From Mustelus asterias (taxonomy: Eukaryota), in contig NW_027590121.1 in the NCBI RefSeq assembly GCF_964213995.1, positions 1,426,001-1,490,000 of the forward strand: a stretch of DNA of 64,000 nt, in the 5' to 3' direction. Below, in pieces: positions 50,700-62,045 of this stretch. The position numbers and the translations under genes were made by a program. Below the pieces are notes generated by a model. It saw only the letters and a list, made by a program, of their open reading frames with translations. It ran no database searches and had not been told where the DNA came from. The number at the start of each line of letters is the position of its first letter. Within the stretch, counting starts at the first letter, position 1.

Positions 50700-51720
50700 A
50701 TGATCTGGTACAAGATAAGCAGAGACATCGTCAGGTGAAATAGGAACTGCGGCATTGCATGGAAATATAACAACATGTTCAGTGGCAACCATCAACAGCA
50801 GCAGGGGAAATATAATTAAAAAGAGATATATTCTCGTACAATAACAATTAATGAGGCTGAGTTCAAATAAATTCAGACATGTGTCGAAAGTATGATTTAG
50901 CGTCTATTTTAATAGGAACATGGTCATGGACTGGTACAGTGAAACTGGACTAGGGCCTGGTGCAACTCAAAGAATGACAAGTTAACTAAAACTAAAATCC
51001 TGGACATGGCTTGGAACAGTGTAGTAGCAACAGAGGCAAGGTCAATCAAATGTGAAATTGAATGTCATCTAGTGAAGTAAAAAATGAGACAGGACCTAGA
51101 CAGCGTAATATAAACAGAGACCGTGTCTCGCTTAAGCAACATGAGACAGGATCAAGTGTAACATAAATAAAGACAGTATCCAATGTAATATAAATAGTGG
51201 CAAAGTCAAGTCTGAATAATGAACGATGACATGATCAAGAGTACTCTGTGACAGCGTCTGGTACAATTGAAATAGATCGTGTAATGGCAACACAGAAAGG
51301 GCCAACAAGGCTAAACAGAGAGAGGAGCAAGTTCGTTAACAGTTGGGAAACCGTCAATTGTCATCCAGGTATAGATTGAAACTTGTGTATAAATTACAAC
51401 GCGTTCTTCAATGTATTATTTAACGAACCAAGAACTTGAATAATGATAAATAGGGCCTTCTGAAACGGTAAGGGAGACTGAGTCTCGTGTAATAATCAAC
51501 AGGCCAGCGACCAGTAGAATAATACTCAAGGACCGGAACACTAAGACATGCAAAAATTAATGTGATGATCACTGAGACAAGGACGAATGAAATAACAATC
51601 AGAGTTTGGTCAAACACTAAGAGACAAAGCTTAGTGTCATAATCAAGGAGTGGCGTGCACATTAATAATCAAGGCATTGGTGAAACACCAACAGAGTTTC
51701 AAAATCCGTTGTAAGATTCA
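50700..51720. repeat. Second block of the degenerate ~27-28-bp repeat
   Basis: Examples: cagcgtaatataaacagagaccgtgt and gtgtaacataaataaagacagtatcc. Confidence 0.45.
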
Positions 51721-53381
51721 GCATACGATTTGGTTTCTGAGAAAAGGGTGGCAAAAAAGAGTTAGGTTTTCTGGTAAGTTCTGTGCTGAGCTGTAAATTG
51801 TTCGACAGCAAAAGGAATTATTAAAAATGTGAGACTATCAGTTATTTTACCTCGTGTTGAAACAATGACCAACTTTGAATGGATCAGGTTCACACTAGGA
51901 TTATGTAAGGAAAATAAATCTATTGTAAGGAACGGACAAGATAATGAGAGTTATATATTTGGGTGGACAGTAGGACATTGCAGATTTCCTGCTGTGCTGG
52001 GTGGTCTAAAAGAAGTAGGGTCGGCCAATCTTGTCTGACATACTGTTGGTCATATTTTTTATGCAGCAAAATTAGCCATAGTTTGTGCGAAGTACTGGGA
52101 TTGCGAAGTCCACTTTTGGTCTTTATTGCAGTTTGTTTGGCAGCCTAAAATATTGAACAGAACTTTCCCATTCCCTTTGTCGTTACCTGGAGCCTCGAAC
52201 CGCAGCCACAGAGTGTATCGGTCAGAGAGAGTTTTTGTGAGTGAATGTCAACAAACAACGAACAGTTTTCAAAAGTTTATAAGAGTGATTTTAAATCGAT
52301 CCCCTTTCACAGAGCTCCCACCATATTCATTGTCCTTCCGAGAGACTGTCCATTGTCTGTCACTGTGCCCGGTAATTCTGAAAATGACAGAACTGGAAAC
52401 TAAGCATTACTGAATGAAAACATAGCTTTAAATGCAAAGAACAGAAGGTGATGACGGAGGAATGGCTTGCTTAAATCAAAAACGATCGCTCTTTGTGTAT
52501 CGTGTATGTCTGCTTGGATATTGTCAGTGGGAGTTATCATATTGCAACCCGATCCTCGGTTACTGGACTGAAGAAAGCTGTCGATCTGAGTCGCCTCTTC
52601 AGATGAGACATTTCACCGACGGCCAGCCATCCTGACCAGGGTGTTGCTACAGAATTCCATGAACTTCTGAAATAAGAGCGGAAATTAGAAAACCAAAGAA
52701 ATCACCCGCACTGAACTCCCCATTCCTTCGTTGAGGAGAGAGGGTTGTGGCTGCTCCACTGAACAGAACAATATCGTCCCCCATTCCCTCCTCAACAGAC
52801 TGAGGTGAGAGGGGATTTCAAATCCATGTCACACATCCAATGCAGAGACAGATAATTGACAGCTCCCTCTTTCTACTTGAGCGTTATTCACACAGCACAC
52901 CACCAGAAACCATAGATCCGGGCCGCCCATCAATGACCTCCTGCAGCAATAACAGAAAATGCTGGAACATCTCAGCAGACCTCACAGAATCTGTGGGGAG
53001 AGAATAGAGCCAACGCTTCCTGTCTGGATTACCGTTCGTCAGAGCTCATGGTCACTGCTCTCTGCCAATCAACGTTAGGTCACATAAAGAGGGACATACC
53101 CAAACTGTGGATCGCAACACCCAGCTGTGTCGCGGGAGTCCATTCTGGGGTTGGGAACTCCGGGGCCGCAATAGCTGACGAGCTTTGATTGAATGTTCAC
53201 AGCTTTCTGTCGCCTTTAAATCTTTCAGTCTGTTTTTTTTAACGTTGGGCATGATCTAATTTACCGCCGGTCGGGTCCGAAGAATTTCAGTGCAATTCTG
53301 AGATCCAGCTTCCCAGTGTCGTCCAGCTCTGCAGTCTCCATCTCCCCGTCATGTGAGCCATCAGCTCCAGGCAGCAGAGCG

Positions 53382-53854
53382 ATGGAAATCTTCTTTGTTT
53401 TCACCCTGTGTGTCTGTTAACCCCGTGAGTACCGACCAAACTTACCCACATTGTGTGGATTGAATATAAAACTGCCCCAGTCCACCCCAATTACAGACAC
53501 TGTCTGGGGTTTTAGTCCCGTTGTGTGGTTCGGCTCTGATGGTCCATTAAACTCTGTGATTAATTTCCAGGGTCATTCAGTCAGTCAGTGACACAGAGCC
53601 CAGCAGCAGTGACCAGGAAGGAATATCAGTCTCTCACCGTCACCTGTGTTTTCTATGGCGGTTATTACTATTTGGAAAATGGTGATTTCTTCAGACAAAC
53701 CCAGACTGGAACAGAGCGGGAGAGGATCACCAGCGGAGGGAGATTTGTTGTGTCGGTGAATAAAGCAGAAAAGACATTTTCACTGGAAATTCGGGACTTG
53801 AGAGTTGAAGACACCGCCACCTATTACTGTGAAGCTCATTACAAATACGAAACA
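53382..53854 (+). pseudogene. NAR-TCR-type (VNAR-like) V segment with a stop codon in the leader
   Basis: Leader 53382-53424 reads MEIFFVFTLCVC*P (TAA at 53418-53420). V exon from 53571 is open: QSVTQSP...TC...FFRQ...ERITSGGRFVVSVNKAEKTFSLEIRDLRVEDTATYYC. There are 60 residues between the Cys and no CDR2, as in VNAR. Confidence 0.85.
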
Positions 53855-53892
53855 CACAGTGGTCGGCCTCGACTTCCCGCGGTACAAAAACT
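53855..53892 (+). other. 22-bp-spacer RSS
   Basis: CACAGTG, 22 nt, ACAAAAACT. Confidence 0.93.
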
Positions 53893-54160
53893 CTCACTGC
53901 AAAGTTTCACATAAACACATTAAAAATCGGACCTATTCTTTCTGAAACACTCAGTTTCACCTCACATGCTCTGTTCCATAATCTCGTTTATAATGAGACG
54001 GGATTATTACAGTTTGCACTTTGAGTTTTATAAATACGGAGCGCGGGTGGTGATATCTTTTCCGGGATTGATGTTGTTGAATGGAGATTGGGAATGACTG
54101 ACCCCAGTTCCAACCCATCTCAAAATATAGGGTCCTGTTCCCTCAGGTTCCCTCAGATGG

Positions 54161-54201
54161 TACCATCTGACGAAGGAGCAGTGCTCCGAAAGCTTGTGGT
54201 A
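54161..54201 (+). ncRNA. Minimal type-I hammerhead ribozyme motif in a Penelope terminal fragment (54161-54292)
   Basis: taccat-CTGACGA-a-ggagc-agt-gctcc-GAAA-gc-TT-gtggta: 6-bp stem I, 5-bp stem II and palindromic AGCT in place of stem III. Confidence 0.7.
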
Positions 54202-54291
54202 TTTGTTACCAAATAAACCTGTTGGACTTTAACCTGGTGTTGTGAGACTTCTTACCGTGTTCCCCCAGTCCAACGCCGGCATCTCCACATC

Positions 54292-55287
54292 ATGACTAGT
54301 GGTGTTCCGCAGGGCTCTGCTCTGGGACCTCTGCTGTTTCTGATATATATAAATGATTTGGAGGAAGGTGTAGCTGGTGTGATCAGTAAGTTTGTGGACG
54401 ACACAAAGATTGCTGGAGTTGCGGATAGTGATGAACATGATCAGAGAATGCAGCAGGATATAGATAGGCTGGAACATTGGGCGGAGAAATGGCAGATGGA
54501 ATTTAATTCAGATAAATGCGAAGTGATGCATTTCGGTAGATCTAATGTAAGGGGGAGCTATGCAATAAATGGCAGAGCCATCAGGAGTATAGACACACAG
54601 AGGGACCTGGGTGCACAAGTCCACAGATCCTTTAAGATGGCAGCACAGGTGGAGAGGGTGGTCAAGAAGGCATATGGCATGCTTGCCTTTATTGGACGGG
54701 GCATAGAATATAAAAGTTGGCATATGATGTTGCGGCTGTATAGAACGTTGCTTAGGCCAAATTTGGAATACTGCATCCAGTTCTGGTCGCCACACTACCA
54801 AAAGGACGTGGAGGCTTTGGAGAGAGTACAGAGGAGGTTTACCAAGATGTTGCCTGGTATTATCTATGAGGAGAGATTGGGTAAACTGGGGATGTTCTCC
54901 CTGGAAAGACGGAGGATGAGGGGCGACCGAATAGAGGTGTATAAAATTATGAAGGGCATAGATAGAGTGAACAGTGGGAAATTTTTTCCCAGGTCGGAGG
55001 TGACGAACACAAGGGGGTCACAGGTTCAAGGTGAGGGGGGCAAGGTTCAACACAGATGTCAGGGGGACGTATTTTACACAGAGGGTGGTGGGGGCCTGGA
55101 ATGCACTCCCAAGCAAGGTGATTGAGGCGGACACGCTGGGATCGTTTAAGACTAGATAGCCACATGAACAGACTGGGAATAGAGGGATACAAACGAATGG
55201 TCTAGTTGGGCACATGAGTGGCGCAGGCTTGGAGGGCCGAAGGGCCTGTTCCTGTGCTGTATTGTTCTTTGTTCTTTGTTCTTTGTT
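54292..55287 (+). mobile_element. CR1-type LINE 3' end
   Basis: ORF 54292..55125 and a (TTCTTTG)n tail. Confidence 0.93.
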
Positions 55288-55289
55288 CA

Positions 55290-56030
55290 ATGTGGTCATG
55301 GCTGATCCAGGACTTCAGTGCCATATTCCTCCTTTTCCAAAAACCCTTGGTGTCATTAAAATCTAAAAAAAACAATCGATTTCCTTCTAGAATATATTCA
55401 GTGACTTCGCCTCCACAGCCTTCTGTGGCAGCTGATTTCCAAAGGTACATTACCCTTGCAGTGAAGAAAATTTCTCTCATCTCAGTCCTAAATATCCCAT
55501 TTCCTGACACTGCACCCCCTGGATCTAGACGTCCCAACCGTGGAAAACATCCTTCCCGCATCTAAACTGTCCAGCTCTCATAGAATGTTATACGGTTCAA
55601 TCAGATCTTCTCTCATCCTTCTAGATTCTAGTGATTACAAGCCCAGTCCAACCAATCTCTCATAGCTCAGTCCCACCAACCCCGGTATCAGCCTAGTGAA
55701 GGTTCACTGTACTCCCTCGATGGCAAGTATGTCCGTGCTTACCCAATGAGACCAAAACTGCATTCAATAATCCAGGTGTGAACTCAACAAGGTCCTGTAG
55801 TAAGACATCCCTACTTCTGAATTTAAATCCTTTTGCAATGAAGGCCAACACCTCATTTGCCTTTCCAATTGCTTGCTGCACCAGCTTTTCTACCTTCACT
55901 GATTGGTGTTGAAGATCCCTTTGTACATCCACTCCTCCCAATATATCATCGTTTAAATGATACTTTTCCTTTATTTTTTCATACTGAGCTTTATAACTTC
56001 ACATTTAGCTACATTGTTCTATATCCGCCA
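55290..56030 (-). mobile_element. Older CR1-type LINE 3' end
   Basis: ORFs 55693..55941 and 55202..55561 carry decayed CR1 motifs. Confidence 0.8.
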
Positions 56031-56034
56031 TATG

Positions 56035-56803
56035 GAATTGGCAGATGGAATTTAATCCAGATAAATGCGAAGTGATCCATTTTGGAAGAACTAATGTAGG
56101 GGGGAATTATACAATAAATGGCAGAGCCATCAAGGGTATAAAAACACAGAGGGACCTAGGTGTGCAAGTCCACAAATCCTTGAAGGTGGCAGCACAGGTG
56201 GAGAAGGTGGTGAAGAAGGCATATGGTATGCTTGCCTTTATAGGTCGGGGTATAGAGTATAAAAGCTGGAGTCTGATGTTGCAGCTGTATAGAACACTGG
56301 TTAGGCCACATTTGGAGCACTGCATCCAGTTCTGGTCGCCCCACTCCCAGAAGGACGTGGGGGCTTTAGAGAGAGTGCAGAGAAGGTTTATCAGGGTGTT
56401 GCCTGAGGAGAGATTGGGTAAACTGGGCTTGTTCTCCCTGGAAAGACGGAGAATGAGGGGAGACCTAATAGAGGTGTACAAAATTATGAAGGGTATAGAT
56501 AGGGTGAACAGTGGGAAGCTTTTTCCCAGGTCGGAGGTGATGATCATGAGGGTTCACGGGCTCAAGGTGAGAGGGGCGAGGTATAACTCAGATATCAGAG
56601 GGATGTTTTTTACACAGAGAATGGTGGGGGCCTGGATTGCGCTGCCAAGTAGACATGCTGGCATCGTTTAAGACTTATCTGGTTAGTCACATGAGCAGTC
56701 TGGGAATGGAGGGATACAAACGAATGGTCTAGTTGGACCAATGAGCGGCACAGGCTTGGAGGGCCGAAGGGCCTGTTTCCAGTGCTGTACTGTTCTTTGT
56801 TCT
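56035..56803 (+). mobile_element. CR1-type LINE 3' end
   Basis: ORF 56045..56671. Confidence 0.92.
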
Positions 56804-57102
56804 AAAGTTTATTTATTAGTCACAAGTAAGGCTTACATTACCCTACAATGAAGGTACTGTGAAAATCCCCTGGTCGCTACACTCCACTGCCTGTTCGGGT
56901 ACACAGGGAAAATTTAGCATAGTCAATGCATCGAACCAGCACGTCTTTCAAACTGTGGGAAGAAACTGGAGCACCCGGAGGAAACCCATGCAGATACGGG
57001 GAGAACGTGCAAACTCCACACAGACAGTGACCCAAGCTGGGGTTCGAACCTGGGTCCCTGACACTGTGAAGCAGCAGTGCTAACCACTGTGCCACTGTGC
57101 TG
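56804..57102 (-). mobile_element. tRNA-derived shark SINE
   Basis: Homologous to 797-1082. Confidence 0.8.
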
Positions 57103-57264
57103 TGACAGGATTGTTGTCGGTGCAAGCTCCTGAGTCTAGTTACTATGTTTCTATATCGATGTTTCTATGCACTATGGAGGATCCATGATGTGGAGATGCC
57201 GGCGTTGTACAGGGGTAGGCAAAGTTAGAAGTCTCACAGCACTAAGTCAGTCAAACGGGTGACA

Positions 57265-57299
57265 TATCTGATGAAGGAACAGCGTTCCGAAAGCTCGTG
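57265..57299 (+). ncRNA. Hammerhead ribozyme motif in an inverted Penelope-end pair (57187-57352)
   Basis: CTGATGA-a-ggaac-agc-gttcc-GAAA-gc-TC-gtg; stem I is weak. Confidence 0.5.
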
Positions 57300-57389
57300 A
57301 TTCCAAATATATCTGCTGGTTTTTAACCCGGTGTTGTGAGAATTCTTACTGTGGAAGATGCCAGTGGTGTTGACCCTAACAGAACACAT

Positions 57390-58385
57390 AATCTCAGTCT
57401 TAAATTAGCGCTCGTTTATTCTGAGAGTATGCCCTCTGTCCCTACACTCTCCCACGAGGGGAAACATCCTCTCAGCATTTACACTCTCAAGCCCCTCAAT
57501 AATCCCATATGTTTCACTAACATCACATCCCATTTTTCTAAATTCCAGTGAGTAGAGACACAACCTGTTTAATATTTCCTCATAAGACAATCCCTCCGTA
57601 CCGGGGATCAGCCTTGTGAACCTTCTCTGAACTACCTCCAATGAAATAATATATGTCCTCAAATAAAGAGACGAAAGCTGCTTACGGAACTCCAGATGTG
57701 GTCTCACCAGTACCTTGTACAGTTGCAGCAAGACTTCCCTATTCTTACAATCCAACATCTCATTAGCCTTCCTGATTACCTGCTGCATATGTCTGCTCAT
57801 TTTCTGTATTTCATGTACAAGTACCCCTAAGTCCCTTTGTGCGGCACCTTTACACAGCTTCCCTATTTGCATAATACTCTGTTCTTTTGTTCTCCCTTCC
57901 AAAATGAACATTTTCATTTTTCCCCACATTAAACTCCCTTTTCGAACTTACCGCCGAATTAAAAAACTTATCAATATCTCTCTCAACTATTTATTTCCCT
58001 GTCGTAACTTGCCTTTCCACCTATGTTTGTGTCTGCAGCTTTTGCTACAGTATATATGCTCCCTCCCTCCAAGTCACTAACATTTATTGTATGCAGTTGT
58101 CCGCCAGGCACTAATTCCTCTGGAACCCCACCAGTACACGTCGCAAAACTGAAAACCCTTTATCCCAAATTGCTGTTTCTTGCCCATCAGCCAATTCCCT
58201 TCTATTCCAATATACTACCATGAACACCATGGGCTCTTATGTGATGAGTTAACATTTTGTGAGGTACCTTGTCGAACGTCTTCTGGAAGTCCAAACTGAA
58301 CACATATACTGATTCCCCTCTATCCACTCTGGATGAGACTTCCTCGAAGAACTCTAATACATTAGTTAGACATGATTTCTCTTTT
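57390..58385 (-). mobile_element. Older CR1-type LINE fragment
   Basis: KSCLTNVLEFFEEV...DFQKTFDKVPH and LYKVLVRPHLE motifs. Confidence 0.85.
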
Positions 58386-59222
58386 CTTTCCAATAAATTA
58401 TGCCATTTCAATTCCTACCTTGTTACTTACAATGAAACGAATCTTCTTAAAAGGACATCGGTGATTGTGTTGTTTCCGATCACTGACAGCCCCATTGTGA
58501 CATCTTTCAGGAGCTCATCCCTATTGGCTTTGGCGATGTTCACAAGTGACTTTCTAATTGGCATGCTTGGATTGGCGCAGTCTGTTCAATCAGATTTCGA
58601 ATGGGTGTGTGTGTGTGTGGGGGGGGGGGGGGGAGGGAGGGGGGAGGGGGGGGGGGAGGGGGGGGGGAAGGAGGGAGGTGGGGAGGGGGGAGTGGGTGGT
58701 CACTCCTGTTTGATAATTGACATTCCAAAACAAGGAAAATAAATGTTAGAAATAAATCCTGTCTCTGTGGATTATCTGGATTATCTGGAGATGGAAGATG
58801 TTTCGGAGAACTTTTCCAAGGAAGCATTGGTAGGCCGAATGGCCTCAGCCGGTGCTCCAGGATTCTATGATTCTCGTTGCTTCATGCCCCAACCGCTCGA
58901 TTTGTCGGTAGAAACCTGAATAGTGAGCAGGTGCTGAATGGTCAGAGACTTTTGTGGATTCAACCGTCGCTATTTCCGCTCCATTCACTCCGAGTGCAGC
59001 TGAGAGTCACCGCAAACGTCACTCAATATTGAGTCTGCCGTATCCCCGCCCATTGCTTCCGTTTGCTGCTCTCACTCTGACCTGATTGTGTGATTGGACA
59101 GATTGCTGCCGCTGCTCCATTCCACTCATTGGTTGGATCAGCAGTGCAGTGAGCGGAGATCTGTATGGTTGTCTCTCACAGAGGATTTCCATCACGGCAG
59201 AGTTACAGACCCAGGAAGGATC

Positions 59223-59851
59223 ATGGGGAACCGTCCTGCTTCGATTCTCATCATTATTTCAGTTCTTAGTAAGTAACTCCTGGGGCAAAGGGTGTCAAAG
59301 GATATGGGGGGAAGGTGAGAACAGGTTATGGAATTGGATAATCAGCCGTAATCATAATGAATGGCCGAACAGGCTCTAAGTGCCGAATGGCAAACCCTGC
59401 TCCTATTCCCCAAGTTCTATATATTTCCTTCCCTGTAATGCCGGATATCATTGCTGGTAAAATATGAGTGATGGTTAAATGACAATTTGGTTTATAAATA
59501 TTAGGCTGCAGCTGATTGTTTTTACCTTTACTATAATTTTACATTAGACTGGAGTCACCAAGACACAGTGGAGCAGCCGGTTGGCGAAAAAACAGTTCAA
59601 GAGGAAAGTAATGTCACAATAACCTGCAAATTTAAGACAAGTGATTCCAACCCTTATGTGTACTGGTACAGCCAGAGTCCCGGGCAGTCTCCACAGTATA
59701 TGCTTCACATTCTGGGTGTGAAAATGTATAGACACGCCGACATTAGCGACCGCTTTTCAGCTACACTAAATAAAACTGCCAAGATCACCGAGCTGACGAT
59801 CGGCAACACATTCATGGCTGACAGTGCGGTATATTTCTGTTCCTTGGAGTC
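59223..59851 (+). CDS. TCR alpha/delta-type V segment, potentially functional
   Basis: Leader 59223-59268 (MGNRPASILIIISVL|N) splices in frame to the V exon from 59548 (WSHQDTVEQP...TC...YWYSQ...DSAVYFCSLE). Canonical Cys/Trp/Cys are intact. CCAAT boxes lie upstream. Confidence 0.9.
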
Positions 59852-59889
59852 CACACTGCTACAGATATAGCGAGACCCATACAAGAACA
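59852..59889 (+). other. 22-bp-spacer RSS
   Basis: CACACTG, 22 nt, ACAAGAACA. Confidence 0.8.
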
Positions 59890-59916
59890 CCACAATACAT
59901 GTACCGAACTTAACAT

Positions 59917-59935
59917 CGTCTCCCTCTGGCGGCCA
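59917..59935 (-). promoter_or_regulatory. CTCF motif just downstream of the RSS
   Basis: Minus strand TGGCCGCCAGAGGGAGACG. Confidence 0.5.
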
Positions 59936-59936
59936 T

Positions 59937-62045
59937 AATGTGGAGATGCCAGCGTTGGACTGGGGTAAGCACCCGAAGAAGTCTCACAACAACGCGTTAA
60001 AGTCCAACAGGTTTATTTGTTAGCACAAGCTTTTGCAGTGTCTCTCCTTCCTCAGGTGAGCGAGGAGTTGTGTTCACAAACAGGGCATACAGGGATACAG
60101 ACCCAATTTACAAGATAATGTTTGGAATGCGAGTCTTTACAGGTAATCAAGTCTTAAAGGTGCAGACATTGTGAGTGGAGAGAGGGTTAAGCACAGGTTA
60201 AACAGGTGTGTATTGTCTCCAGCCAGGACAGTTATTGAGATTTTGCAAAACTAGGCAAGTCGTGGGGGGTTACAGAAAGTGTGACATAAACCCACGATCC
60301 CGGTTGAGGCCGTCCGCATGTGTGCGGAACTTGGCTATCAGTTTCTGCTGGGCGATTCGGCGTTGCCGTGTGTCGTGAAGGCTGCCTTGGAAAACGATTA
60401 CCCGAAGATCAGAGGCTGATCCCCATGGTAACAGAATGGTCATTGAAAGTGGCAATGCAGTTAAAGGTACAGACAATGTGAGTGGAGGGAGCATTAAGCA
60501 CAGGTTAAAGAGATGTGTATTGTCTCCAGACAGGACAGCTCGTGAGATTTTGCACAGGTTCGAACAAGACTTTTTCACCGCACAGGACCTTCAACCGATG
60601 CTATACACTAGATACATCGATGACATTTTCTTCCTTTGGACTCATGGTGAACAATCACTGAAACAACTATATGATGACATCAACAAGTTCCATCCCACCA
60701 TCAGACTCACCATGGACTACTCTCCGGAATCGGTTGCATTCTTGAACACACGCATCTCCATTAAGGACGGCCACCTCAGCAACTCACTGTACTGCAAGCC
60801 CACGGATAACCTCATGATGCTCCACTTCTCCAGCTTCCACCCTAAACACGTTAAAGAAGCCATCCCCTTCGGAAAAGCCCTCCGTAAACACAGGATCTGC
60901 TCGGATGAGGAGGATCGCAAAACAGACACCTCCAGACGCTGAAAGATACCCTCATAAGAACAGGATATGGCGCTCGACTCATCAATCGACAGTTCCGGCG
61001 CGCCACAGCGAAAAACTGTACCGACCTCCTCAGAAGACAAACACGGGACATGGTGGACAGAGTACCCTTCGTCGTCCAGTACTTCCCCGGAGCCGAGAAG
61101 CTACAACATCTCCTCCGGAGCCTTCAACATGTCATTGATGACGATGAACATCTCACCAAGGCCATCCCCACACCCACACATCTTGCCTTCAAACAACCAC
61201 ACAACCTCAAACAGACCATTGTCCGCAGCAAACTACCCAGCCTTCAGGAGATCAGTGACCACGGCACCACACAACCCTGCCACAGCAACCTCTGCAAGAC
61301 GTGCCGGATCATCGACACAGATGCCATCATCTCACGCGAGAACACCATCCACCAGGTACACGGTACATACTCTTGCAACTCGGCCAACGCTGTCCACCTG
61401 TTATGCTGCAGGAAAGGATGTCCCGAGGCATGGTACATTGGGGAAACCATGCAGACACTATGACAACGGATGAATCAACACCACTCGATAATCACCAGGC
61501 AAGACTGTTCTCTTCCTGTTGGGGAGCATTTCAGCGGTCACGGGCATTCAACCTCTGGTCTCCCGGTAAGCGTTCTCCAAGGCGGCCTTCACGACACACG
61601 ACAGCACAGAGTCGCTGAGCAGAGACTGATAGCCAGGTTCCGCACACATGAGGACGGCCTAAATCGGGATATTGGGTTCATGTCACACTATCTGTAACCC
61701 CCCCCCCCCCCCCACAACTTGCCTGGATGTGCAAAATCTCACTAAATGTCCTGTCTGGAGACAATACACATCTCTTTAACCTGTGCTTAATGCTTCCTCC
61801 GCTCACATTGTCTGTCCCTTTAAGACTTGATTAGCTGTAAAGACTCCCATTCCAATCATTATTCATGTAAATTGCGTTTGTCTCTTTGTGCCCTGTTTGT
61901 GATCAGAACTCCCACTCACCTGATGAAGGAGCAGCGCTCCGAAAGCCTGTGGCTTTTGCTACCAAATAAACCTGTTGGACTTTAACCTGGTGTTGTTAAA
62001 CTTCTTACTGTGTTTACCCCAGTCCAGCGCCGGCATCTACACATC
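59937..62045 (+). mobile_element. Penelope-like retroelement (RT C-terminus and GIY-YIG endonuclease) with inverted terminal copies
   Basis: YTRYIDDIFFLW (RT) and CHSNLCKTC...WYIGET (GIY-YIG region). The plus-strand body is ~60553-62045; 59937-60420 and ~60440-60555 are inverted copies of 3'-end sequence. Mutated hammerhead cores lie at 61917-61951 (+) and 60024-60058 (-). Confidence 0.9.

Noticed and set aside
52225-52400. Nonamer-like AGTTTTTGT and a nearby CACTGTG, with an Ig-like peptide on the minus strand
   Set aside because: They are not at 12/23 spacing, and no Cys/Trp framework is recoverable.
54015-54060. Possible D segment 5' RSS after the NAR V (agttttata...ggtggtg)
   Set aside because: Heptamer and spacer fit poorly and there is no 3' RSS.
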